DNA from: Candidatus Methylomirabilia bacterium
GTDB lineage: Bacteria > Methylomirabilota > Methylomirabilia > Rokubacteriales > CSP1-6
Assembly (NCBI GenBank): GCA_041492755.1
Contig: JBGPXN010000080.1
Span: forward strand, 1 to 20,154
Reading direction: 5' to 3'
DNA length: 20,154 nucleotides
The position numbers were made by a program, and so were the translations under genes. Shown piece by piece: positions 8,825-16,819 of this stretch. The notes beneath the pieces were generated by a model. That model searched no databases and had not been told where the DNA came from. It was given only the letters and a program-made list of their open reading frames with translations. Each line of letters opens with the position of its first letter. The stretch's first letter is position 1.

Positions 8825-9745
8825 GTGGACTGGCTGACGTCGCTCTTTCCCTGGATCACGAACGGCCCGCTCATCCTCGTGCAGGTGATGAGCGGGCTCA
8901 GCGTCGCGATGTTCCTCTTTCTCGTCTCGCTCGGGATGTCGCTCATCTTCGGCGTCATCCGCATCGTCAATCTCGCCCACGGCAGCTTCTACATGGTCGG
9001 CGCCTACCTCATGGTCACGCTGGTCGAGCTCCTGCCCGAGCGGGCGTGGGCGTTCTGGCTCGCGCTCGTGGTGGCGCCGGCCGGAGTCGCGCTGCTCGGC
9101 GGCGTCATCGAGATGGCCCTGCTCCGGCGCATCTACCATCGCGAGCCGCTCATGCAGCTCATCCTCACCTTCGGCCTCATCCTGGTCATCGGCACCCTCG
9201 TCCTCGTCGTGTGGGGCACCGACAACAAGAGCGTGTCGCGCCCCGACGTGCTGGCCGGCTCGGTGGCGTTGCTGGGCCATCCGTTCCCGGCCTACTACCT
9301 GCTCGTGCTGGCGCTGGCGCCCGTGCTGGGCCTGGGGCTGTGGCTCGTGTTCTATCGCACGCGCTGGGGCATGCTCATCCGCGCGGCGACGGTGGACCGC
9401 GAGATGCTCGGCGCCCTCGGCGTGAACGTGTCGGCGCTCTACACGCAGGTCTTCGTCTTCGGGTCGTGGCTGGCGGGATTCGGCGGCGCCCTCGCCGCGC
9501 CCACCGTGGCCGTCGCGCTCGGGATGGACGCCGACGTGCTGATCACCGCGTTCGTGGTCGTGGTCATCGGGGGCCTCGGCAGCTTCGCGGGCAGCTTCGT
9601 CGCCGCGCTGCTGGTCGGCCTGCTCCAGTCCTTCGGCATCCTGATCTTTCCCGCCGTGTCGATCGTGCTGCTCTTCGCGATCATGGCCGTCGTGCTCATC
9701 GTCCGGCCCTGGGGGCTGCTCGGGCGCCCGGAGGACGCGCACTGA
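8825..9745 (+). CDS. Liv-type ABC permease (LivH-like)
   Basis: GMSLIFGVIRIVNLAHGSFYMVGAY, RTRWGMLIRA, VVIGGLGSF, RPWGLLG. Start at GTG 8825 is uncertain (weak SD). Confidence 0.9.
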   Translation: MDWLTSLFPWITNGPLILVQVMSGLSVAMFLFLVSLGMSLIFGVIRIVNLAHGSFYMVGAYLMVTLVELLPERAWAFWLALVVAPAGVALLGGVIEMALLRRIYHREPLMQLILTFGLILVIGTLVLVVWGTDNKSVSRPDVLAGSVALLGHPFPAYYLLVLALAPVLGLGLWLVFYRTRWGMLIRAATVDREMLGALGVNVSALYTQVFVFGSWLAGFGGALAAPTVAVALGMDADVLITAFVVVVIGGLGSFAGSFVAALLVGLLQSFGILIFPAVSIVLLFAIMAVVLIVRPWGLLGRPEDAH

Positions 9746-10680
9746 GCGCGCGGGGACGGTTCGGGCTGCTCGGGTTGCTGGTCGGGCTGGCCGTGCTGCC
9801 CCTGGTCGCGCCCGCGTTCTTCGTGGTGCTCGGCATCGAGATCGCGATCGTTGCGCTGTTCGCCACCGCCTTCAATCTGCTGATGGGCTACGGAGGCATG
9901 GTCTCCTTCGGCCACGCCGCCTACTTCGCGCTCGGCGCCTACACGGCCGCGCTGCTCGCGAAGAAAGCCGGCGTGGCCATGTTGCTGGCGCTGGCCGCGG
10001 CGCCGGTGGTGGCGGGACTGGGCGCGCTGCTGTTCGGCGTCTTCATCGTGCGGCTCACCGCCACCTACTTCGCGATGCTGTCGCTGGCGTGCGGGCAGAT
10101 CGTGTACACGATCATCTTCAAGTGGACCGGATTGACGGGCGGCGACAACGGCCTCCTGAACGTCTGGCCTCCGGTCCTGTTCAAGTCGCCCGTCGCCTAC
10201 TACTACTTCACCCTGGCCGTGGTGGGGGCGAGCCTGCTCCTGCTGCACGCGATCGTCACCTCGCCCTTCGGCTACGCGCTGCGCGCCGTGCGCGAGAACC
10301 CCCGCCGGGCGCGGTTCGTCGGCGTGGACGTCCGGCGCCACCAGCTCCTCGCCTTCACGCTCTCGGGCGTCTTTTCCGGGCTCGCGGGCGGACTGTTCGC
10401 ATTCTTCAACGGCAGCGTGTTCCCGGACTTCGCGCGCTTCGACAAGTCGTTCGAGCCGCTCGTGGTCGCGCTGCTCGGCGGGATGCACTCCTTCTTCGGG
10501 CCGCTCGCGGGCGCCGTCGGCTTCAAGCTGCTGGAGACCTTCATCGCCCGCCAGTGGCCGGTGTACTGGCCGCTCGTGCTGGGCTCGGTGCTGATCGCGG
10601 TGATCGTGCTCCTGCCCCAGGGCTTCGTGGGCCTGGTGGAGGGACGCGGGTGGCGGACCCGGCCGGCGCGCCCGAAGTAA
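9742..10680 (+). CDS. Liv-type ABC permease (LivM-like), probable CTG start
   Basis: FNLLMGYGGMVSFGHAAYFALGAY, LTGGDNG, SPFGYALRAVREN, LLGGM..FFGP, LPQG. GGAGG at 9730-9734 lies 7 nt before an in-frame CTG that overlaps the upstream TGA. Confidence 0.88.
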   Translation: MSARGRFGLLGLLVGLAVLPLVAPAFFVVLGIEIAIVALFATAFNLLMGYGGMVSFGHAAYFALGAYTAALLAKKAGVAMLLALAAAPVVAGLGALLFGVFIVRLTATYFAMLSLACGQIVYTIIFKWTGLTGGDNGLLNVWPPVLFKSPVAYYYFTLAVVGASLLLLHAIVTSPFGYALRAVRENPRRARFVGVDVRRHQLLAFTLSGVFSGLAGGLFAFFNGSVFPDFARFDKSFEPLVVALLGGMHSFFGPLAGAVGFKLLETFIARQWPVYWPLVLGSVLIAVIVLLPQGFVGLVEGRGWRTRPARPK

Positions 10681-10691
10681 TCTTCGACGCC

Positions 10692-11501
10692 GTGGACACG
10701 CGGGAGGTCGTCCTCCGCACCGTCGGTCTGAAGAAGCACTTCGGCGGCGTCCAGGCCGTGAACGGGGTGGATCTCGTGGTGCCCGAGGGCGACGTGCGCG
10801 CGATCATCGGCCCCAATGGGGCCGGCAAGACGACGCTCTTCAACCTGATCACGGGTGACCTGCGGCACGACTCGGGCGAGATCTACGTGCTCGGCCGGGA
10901 AGTCACCGGCCTGCGCCCCGACCAGCTCACGCGCCACGGGATCGGACGCACGTTCCAGATCACCAGCATCTTCCGCCGCCTGACCGTGCTGGAGAACGTG
11001 CAGACGGCCCTGATGACCCGGCACCGGCGGCACTTCAACCTCTTCGTCCGCGGCGCCCGCCTCTATCGAAAAGAAGCGTTCATCCTGCTCGATCGCGTCG
11101 GGCTCACCGAGCAGGCGCCCAAGCCCAGCGGCATCCTCTCCCACGGCGATCAGCGACGGCTGGAGCTGGCCATCGCGCTCGCGGGCGAGCCGAGCCTGCT
11201 CCTGCTCGACGAGCCCACGGCGGGGATGGCCCCGCGCGAGCGCCACGAGATGATGTCGCTCGTGGCCAAGATCGCGGACGACACGCGACTGACGGTGGTG
11301 TTCACCGAGCACGACATGGACGTGGTGTTCGCGGCCGCGCGCCGGATCAGCGTGCTGCACCAGGGCGCCGTGATCGCGGAGGGCACGCCGGCCGAGGTGC
11401 GCGCCAATACGGAGGTGCAGCGGGTGTACCTCGGGGTGCCGCCCGCCGGCGACCGCGCGGGGTCCGCGATGGCGGGCCGCGCCCTGCGGATGCGGCCGTG
11501 A
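10692..11501 (+). CDS. Liv-type ABC ATP-binding subunit (LivG-like)
   Basis: KHFGGVQAV, GPNGAGKTT, GIGRTFQ, LSHGDQRRLE, LLLDEPTAG, EHDM. Start at GTG 10692 is approximate. Confidence 0.9.
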   Translation: MDTREVVLRTVGLKKHFGGVQAVNGVDLVVPEGDVRAIIGPNGAGKTTLFNLITGDLRHDSGEIYVLGREVTGLRPDQLTRHGIGRTFQITSIFRRLTVLENVQTALMTRHRRHFNLFVRGARLYRKEAFILLDRVGLTEQAPKPSGILSHGDQRRLELAIALAGEPSLLLLDEPTAGMAPRERHEMMSLVAKIADDTRLTVVFTEHDMDVVFAAARRISVLHQGAVIAEGTPAEVRANTEVQRVYLGVPPAGDRAGSAMAGRALRMRP

Positions 11502-12208
11502 CCGCGCTGCTCGAGCTCGGTCACGTCGAGACGTATTACGGCGACAGCCACATCCTCTTCGACCTCTCGCTCGAGGTCGGGACGGGCGAGGTCGTCTGCC
11601 TGCTCGGGCGCAACGGCGCGGGCAAGACCACGACCGTCCGCAGCATCATCGGCCTGACCCCGCCGCGCGCAGGACGCATCACGTTCCGCGGTCACGACCT
11701 CGTCGGCTTGCCGCCCTTCCGCATCGCGCGCCTGGGCATCGGCTACGTTCCCGAGAACCGGCGCATTTTCCCGAACCTCAGCGTCGCCGAGAACCTCGAA
11801 GTCGCGCGCAAGGCCGGCGGCAACGGCGCCACCCCCTGGACCGAGGGCCGGGTGTGGGAGCTGTTCCCGCATCTCCGAGATTTGCGGCACCGGCCGGCCG
11901 GTCGACTGAGCGGCGGCGAGCAGCAGATGCTCACGATCGCGCGCACGCTGATGGGAAGCCCGGAGCTGCTGCTCCTCGACGAGCCGTCCGAGGGGTTGGC
12001 GCCCCTCGTCGTGCAGATGCTCCGCGAGCAGCTTACGCGACTGAAGGCGAGCGGTCTCACCATCGTGCTCGCCGAGCAGAACGTCCACTTCGTCAGCGAC
12101 CTGGGCGATCGCGTCTACATCCTCGAGAACGGCGCGGTCCGCTACCATGGCCCGATGGCCGACTTCCTGGCCGACGCGGAGATCCGGCGCGCGTATCTCG
12201 CCGTCTGA
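11498..12208 (+). CDS. Liv-type ABC ATP-binding subunit (LivF-like)
   Basis: GRNGAGKTT, LSGGEQQML, LLLDEPSEGLAP, EQN; GTGA overlap. Confidence 0.93.
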   Translation: MTALLELGHVETYYGDSHILFDLSLEVGTGEVVCLLGRNGAGKTTTVRSIIGLTPPRAGRITFRGHDLVGLPPFRIARLGIGYVPENRRIFPNLSVAENLEVARKAGGNGATPWTEGRVWELFPHLRDLRHRPAGRLSGGEQQMLTIARTLMGSPELLLLDEPSEGLAPLVVQMLREQLTRLKASGLTIVLAEQNVHFVSDLGDRVYILENGAVRYHGPMADFLADAEIRRAYLAV

Positions 12209-12218
12209 TCTCGCCGAG

Positions 12219-12494
12219 ATGAACCTCAAAGGGATGAGTGACGACGAGCTCCGGCGTGAATTGAAGAAGTTCGCGAAAGACATGGTGATGGAAGGGCGCC
12301 GGACGCTCGTCCGCTCACAAGAGCCGAACGTCGTCGAGGTCGTCGCCGGCCGGGTGATCGAAAGCATCATGCTCATGGTCGAGGAGCTTCCCGTCGAGCG
12401 CCGGGCCTGGGCGATGGCGGTCGTCGCGGAGGAGATCCTGATCGACCGCCTGCGCGCCACCAGCCGGGTGAGCCCGGGGGAGCGCCGGAATTGA
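12219..12494 (+). CDS. Hypothetical 91-aa protein
   Basis: MNLKGMSDDELRRELKKFAKDMVMEGRR...SPGERRN. Natural charged, helix-like composition; fills the gap between the LivF-like stop and the convergent hydrolase gene. Confidence 0.7.
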   Translation: MNLKGMSDDELRRELKKFAKDMVMEGRRTLVRSQEPNVVEVVAGRVIESIMLMVEELPVERRAWAMAVVAEEILIDRLRATSRVSPGERRN

Positions 12495-12502
12495 GCGAGC
12501 GG

Positions 12503-13363
12503 TCAGTGCGAGCGGATGAAGCTCGACACGTCGTCCAGCACCGGCGGGGACGCCTGCCACATCGGAAAGAGCGCCAGGACGATGCGCCGGTGACCCACCC
12601 TGGGGTAGATCACCGTCTCCACGCGGCCGCCGCGCTCGCGGATGCGCGCGGCCAGGCTCGTGGTGTTGTGCAGGCTGACGACGTCGTCGGCGTCGCCGTG
12701 CAGCAGCAGCACCGGCGGCTTGTCGGCGCCGGCGAAGTTGATCGGCTGTGACGCCGGCCACCGCTCGGGCGGACCGAACACCGGTCTGAGGTCGGCGGCG
12801 AGCGGCAGGAAGTCGTACAGGCCGGCCAGCCCGATCGCGCCGCGGACCGAGCCGGGTGCCACGCCGGCCGCGCGTAGATAGCGCTCGTCGAGCGCCAGCA
12901 ACACGGCGATGTGCCCGCCGGCGGAATGACCCATCACGTAGATGCGGTTGGGATCGCCCCCGACGTCCCCCGCGTGTTCACGCACCCATTTCACGGCCGC
13001 GGCGGCGTCCTCGACGAACGTGGGGAACTGGACGTCGGGGTAGAGCCGGTACGACGGCACCACACCGACGTAGCCGCGCGAGGCCAGCGCCGTCCCCGCG
13101 AACCGATACTCCGGCCGCGATCCCGCCTGCCAGAACCCGCCGTGGAAGAAGATCACGATCGGTGCCGCGCTCATGCGCACGAGCGGCGCGTAGACGTCGA
13201 GCTGCTGACGGGGCGCGTCGCCGTAGCGCACGTCCCTCCAGGCTTCGATGCCGTCGCGGTCGCCGACCGCGTTGAGCACCTGGAGCGCCGAGCACGACAC
13301 GCTGAGCACGACGACGGCGGCGAGCAGCAGGACGCGCCAGCTGGAGGCGGACGACACGCTCAT
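12503..13363 (-). CDS. Alpha/beta hydrolase (HSL-like esterase/lipase), possible lipoprotein
   Basis: FHGGFW oxyanion motif, GHSAGG nucleophile elbow, HGDADDVV (Asp), GH (His). N-terminal hydrophobic stretch ends in LSVSC. Start at ATG 13363. Confidence 0.9.
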   Translation of the reverse strand: MSVSSASSWRVLLLAAVVVLSVSCSALQVLNAVGDRDGIEAWRDVRYGDAPRQQLDVYAPLVRMSAAPIVIFFHGGFWQAGSRPEYRFAGTALASRGYVGVVPSYRLYPDVQFPTFVEDAAAAVKWVREHAGDVGGDPNRIYVMGHSAGGHIAVLLALDERYLRAAGVAPGSVRGAIGLAGLYDFLPLAADLRPVFGPPERWPASQPINFAGADKPPVLLLHGDADDVVSLHNTTSLAARIRERGGRVETVIYPRVGHRRIVLALFPMWQASPPVLDDVSSFIRSH

Positions 13364-13370
13364 GCACCCG

Positions 13371-13376
13371 AATGTA
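13371..13376 (-). promoter_or_regulatory. Putative -10 element (TACATT) of a leaderless hydrolase transcript
   Basis: TACATT, 7 nt, then ATG (13363); no SD. Confidence 0.5.
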
Positions 13377-13455
13377 CGGCCACCGACACCGATTCGGATC
13401 GACAAAGGCGCCGGCAGCCGCCCGGGGGCGTTGGGCTCAGAGGGTGTGAGGGAAT

Positions 13456-13608
13456 TCGAGGCGCGCCACGGCTCCCGCCGCGGCGCAGCCGAGTGTAAGA
13501 GGCGGGGGGGCGGTGATCGAGGAGCGCCCCGGGGTCGAGGGGCGCCACGGCTTCGCCGGGGTGCCCCGAGCGAGGGGGGGTATGGGGGGCCATGTCGGGG
13601 CCCCCCAT
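13456..13608. repeat. REP/MITE-like GC-rich intergenic element with degenerate tandem units and a terminal hairpin
   Basis: Units beginning TCGAGG(N)GCGCC(A/C)CGG at 13456, 13517 and 13535. Perfect 10-bp stem ATGGGGGGCC (13582-13591) / GGCCCCCCAT (13599-13608) just downstream of the asd stop. Confidence 0.65.
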
Positions 13609-13612
13609 GTAC

Positions 13613-14692
13613 TCAGATGTGGCCGCGGTGAACCAGGTACTCCGCGACCAGGATGGCGCCCTTGGCCGCGCCCATCTTCGTGTTGTGGCTCACCAGCACG
13701 TACTTGATCCCGTTCGGCAGCGTGGGGTCCGCGCGCACGCGCCCGACGCTGGTGGTCATGCCGCCCTCGCGGTCGCGATCCAGGCGCGGCTGCGGGCGGA
13801 ACGGATCCTCGCTCACGTCGATCAACGCCCTCGGACTGGACGGCAGCCGGAGGTCGAGGAACGCCTTGCCGTAACCGCGGAGCGCCTGCTTGGCCTCGTC
13901 CACCGTGGCCGTCTTCTTGAGCGACACGTACACGGCCTCGGTGTGCGCTTCCAGCACGGGCACGCGCGTGCAGGTGGCCGAGACGCGAAACGCCGCCGGC
14001 TCGACGGTGTCGCCGGCGATCACGCCGAGGATCTTCCGGGTCTCGGTCTCGACCTTCTCTTCCTCGTTCGGGATGTAGGGCACGACGTTGTCGATGATGT
14101 CGAGCGCCACCACGCCCGGAGACCGGCCGGCGCCGGAGACGCCTTGCATGGACGTCATGATCACGTTCTGGACGCCAAACGCCGCGTCGAGGGGCTTGAG
14201 CGTCATGGCCAGCCCCATGGTCGTGCAGTTGGGCACCGGCGTCACGAAGCCGTTCCAGCCCCGGGTCCGCTTCTGCACGGCGATGAGCCGATCGTGATCC
14301 AGGTTCACGCCCGGGATGAAGATGGGAACGTCCGGCTCGTACCGGAAGGCGGACGCCGTCGAGACGACCGCGGTGGTCTTGGCGTACAGCGGCTCCAGCT
14401 CCCGGGCGGCGTCGGACTCGACGGCGGAGAACACGATGTCGAGCGCGCTCGCGTCGAGCTTCGCGGCGTCCTGCACCGGCATGCGCGCGAAGGTCGGATC
14501 GAGCGGCTCCTGGCCGTACCAGCGGAACGCCCCGCCGGCGTCGGTGATCGCGTCCGTGTACGTCTTGCCGGCGGAGCGCTCGGACGCGGCGAGCGCCGTC
14601 ACGTCGAACCAGGGATGGTTGGCGAGCGCGGCCAGGAACTGTTGACCCGCGACCCCGGTTGCGCCGATCACCGCCACTTTCTTCCGCGTCAT
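13613..14692 (-). CDS. asd: Aspartate-semialdehyde dehydrogenase, archaeal/eukaryotic type
   Basis: VIGATGVAGQ, HPWF, AASERSAGK, catalytic PNC, QGVSGAG, NVVPYIPNEEEK, CTRVP..EAH, PQPRLDRD, SHNT..GAA. SD GGAGGAG. Confidence 0.92.
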   Translation of the reverse strand: MTRKKVAVIGATGVAGQQFLAALANHPWFDVTALAASERSAGKTYTDAITDAGGAFRWYGQEPLDPTFARMPVQDAAKLDASALDIVFSAVESDAARELEPLYAKTTAVVSTASAFRYEPDVPIFIPGVNLDHDRLIAVQKRTRGWNGFVTPVPNCTTMGLAMTLKPLDAAFGVQNVIMTSMQGVSGAGRSPGVVALDIIDNVVPYIPNEEEKVETETRKILGVIAGDTVEPAAFRVSATCTRVPVLEAHTEAVYVSLKKTATVDEAKQALRGYGKAFLDLRLPSSPRALIDVSEDPFRPQPRLDRDREGGMTTSVGRVRADPTLPNGIKYVLVSHNTKMGAAKGAILVAEYLVHRGHI

Positions 14693-14712
14693 CGTCTCTC
14701 CTCCGTCTCATC

Positions 14713-14718
14713 ACTCTA
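14713..14718 (-). promoter_or_regulatory. Putative -10 element (TAGAGT) for asd
   Basis: TAGAGT on the minus strand, 20 nt before ATG 14692; no clear -35. Confidence 0.35.
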
Positions 14719-14856
14719 GGCCAGCCCCCCGGCGGGCGTACAGGCCTTTTGAAAGCCCGGCGGTCAGCGGCGCCAGGGCCCGTTCGTCGTCAGCTCGCGA
14801 CCGTTCGTCCGTTTTCAGCGGCCGGCGCCTCCGGCGCATGCGACGATCCGCGTGAC

Positions 14857-15600
14857 ATGGCGACACCGGCGCTCGAAGCCCGCGACCTTCGCAAGGCCTT
14901 CGGCGATCTCGTGGCCGTGGACGGCGTCTCGTTCACCCTCGAGCGCGGACAGCTCCTCGGGCTGCTCGGACCGAACGGCGCCGGCAAGACCACCACGGTG
15001 TCGATGATCGCCGGGCTCGTCGCGCCCGGCACCGGCGAGGTGCTCGTCGACGGCAATGTCCTGGCCGGCGACGTCGATCCGGCCAAGCGCCGGATCGGTC
15101 TCGTCCCGCAAGATCTGGCGCTCTACGACGAGCTGACCGCGCGCGACAACCTCCGCTTCTTCGGCGCCCTCTACGGCCTGCGTGGTCCCGAGCTCGAGCG
15201 CGCCATGACGGCTGCGCTGGAGCTGGTGGGCCTCGCCGATCGCGCGCGCGACCGGGTACAGACGTACAGCGGCGGCATGAAGCGCCGGCTCAACCTCGCG
15301 GCGAGCCTGCTGCACGACCCCGACATCCTCCTGCTCGACGAGCCCACCGTGGGCGTCGATCCGCAGAGCCGCCACGCGATCTTCGAGAACCTCGAGCTGC
15401 TCAAGCGGCGAGGCAAGGCGCTGCTCTACACCACGCACTACATGGAAGAAGCCGAGCGCCTCGCCGACCACATCGTCGTGATCGATCACGGCAGGGTGAT
15501 TGCCGCCAACACGCTGGCCGGGCTCCACGCCGAGCACCCGGGCGCCGGCGACCTCGAGAGCCTGTTCCTCGCGCTCACCGGACGGAGGCTGCGCGACTGA
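14857..15600 (+). CDS. ABC-2 type exporter ATP-binding protein
   Basis: MATPALEARDLRKAFG, GPNGAGKTT, YSGGMKRRLN, LLLDEPTVGVDP, TTHYMEEAE, LESLFLALTG. Confidence 0.92.
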   Translation: MATPALEARDLRKAFGDLVAVDGVSFTLERGQLLGLLGPNGAGKTTTVSMIAGLVAPGTGEVLVDGNVLAGDVDPAKRRIGLVPQDLALYDELTARDNLRFFGALYGLRGPELERAMTAALELVGLADRARDRVQTYSGGMKRRLNLAASLLHDPDILLLDEPTVGVDPQSRHAIFENLELLKRRGKALLYTTHYMEEAERLADHIVVIDHGRVIAANTLAGLHAEHPGAGDLESLFLALTGRRLRD

Positions 15601-16727
15601 TGGCGCTCACCGCGCTCGTCGCGATGGTCCGCAAGGATCTCCAGATCTTCTTCGGCGACCGGCGGGCGCTCATCATGAGCTTCGCGGCGCCCATCGCGAT
15701 CGCCTCGTTCTTCGGCGCGATCTTTCCGGGCGGGGGCGGCTCCGGCGAGCCCGCGCGCATCCCCCTGCGCGTCGTGGACGGCGACGGCAGCGCGATCGCC
15801 AGGGCCATCGTCGCCGGCGTGCAGGCGGACGGGAATCTCAAGGCCACCGTCAGCGTCGAGACGGACGCGCGGGACGCGGTGCGGCGCGGCAACGCCACCG
15901 TGGCCGTGATCATCCCGAAGGGGTTCGGCGACGCAGCCGGCGCGGCGTTCTTCGGCGGGCGGGACAAGCCCCGGCTCGAGCTGCTCTACGACCCCTCGCA
16001 CGGCGCCGAGCTCGCCATGGTGCGCGGGATCCTGACCGAGCACGTCATGCGCGCGCTGGCGCCGCCGGGCTTCAGCCTGCCCTACCGCGTCCGGGAAGAG
16101 GCCGTGGTGGCGCGCGCGAATGCCAAGTACAACGGCTACGCTCACTCGTTCGCGGGCATGGGGGTGCAGTTCCTCCTGTTCGCGGCCGTCGACCTCGGCA
16201 TCGGGATCCTTCTCGAGCGCCAGCGGGGTCTGTGGAAGCGGTTGCGGAGCGCGCCGGTCTCGCGGCACACGCTGCTCGCCGGCAAGGCCACGAGCGGCAC
16301 GGTCATCGCGCTGCTGACGCTGCTCGTCTCGTTCGCCTTCGCGATGCTGGTCTTCGGCGTCCGCATCGAGGGCAGCGTGCTCGGCTTCCTGGCCGTCGCC
16401 ATCGCGTGCTCCTTGATGGCGGCGACGTTCGGCCTGTTCCTCGCGGCGCTCGGCAACACGCCCGGGGCCACGCGCGGCGTCGCCATCCTGGCCACGCTGC
16501 TCATGGTGATGCTCGGCGGCGCCTGGGTCCCGACCTTCGTCTTCCCGGCCTGGCTCCAGCAGCTCACCGTCGTGGTGCCCACGCGGTGGGCGGTGGATGG
16601 CTTCGACGGCATGACGTGGCGGGGACTCGGTCTGAGCGCCGCCGTCGCGCCGACGCTGGTGCTCCTCGGCTTCGCCGCGCTGTTCGGCGCGCTCGCGGTG
16701 GTGCGCTTTCGGTGGGAGGAGCGGTAG
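15600..16727 (+). CDS. ABC-2 type exporter permease
   Basis: TGATG overlap. One N-terminal TM helix, an extracytoplasmic domain, then ERQRGLWKRLRSAP, GGAWVP and PTRWAVDG. Confidence 0.92.
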   Translation: MALTALVAMVRKDLQIFFGDRRALIMSFAAPIAIASFFGAIFPGGGGSGEPARIPLRVVDGDGSAIARAIVAGVQADGNLKATVSVETDARDAVRRGNATVAVIIPKGFGDAAGAAFFGGRDKPRLELLYDPSHGAELAMVRGILTEHVMRALAPPGFSLPYRVREEAVVARANAKYNGYAHSFAGMGVQFLLFAAVDLGIGILLERQRGLWKRLRSAPVSRHTLLAGKATSGTVIALLTLLVSFAFAMLVFGVRIEGSVLGFLAVAIACSLMAATFGLFLAALGNTPGATRGVAILATLLMVMLGGAWVPTFVFPAWLQQLTVVVPTRWAVDGFDGMTWRGLGLSAAVAPTLVLLGFAALFGALAVVRFRWEER

Positions 16728-16759
16728 GCGCCGGACTATTCCTTGTACGCCCTGCCGCG

Positions 16760-16765
16760 TAGAAT
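16760..16765 (+). promoter_or_regulatory. Putative -10 element (TAGAAT) for the cupin-LLM pair
   Basis: TAGAAT in the 92-bp intergenic gap, with SD AGGAGG before ATG 16820; no convincing -35. Confidence 0.45.
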
Positions 16766-16819
16766 AGCTGCCGCGAGCGCCAACGGATCCTGAATCGAAG
16801 CCTCCGTAGGAGGGCCGTC

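Noticed and set aside
13360..13608. 82-aa ORF MGGPDMAPHTPP...
   Set aside because: It is a translation of the palindromic repeat element, has no SD and is low-complexity and Pro/Gly/Arg-rich.
13456..13608. Possible CRISPR array
   Set aside because: Units are degenerate and irregularly spaced, without uniform spacers, and no cas genes are present.
13613..14692. Malonyl-/succinyl-CoA reductase (ASADH homologue) instead of asd
   Set aside because: The canonical ASADH PNC, EEEK and CxRVP...H residues are retained and there is no carbon-fixation gene context. Not formally excluded.
14839..14847. Extended -10 (TGnGACGAT) for the ABC-2 exporter
   Set aside because: It lacks the first T of TAnnnT and is too weak to call.
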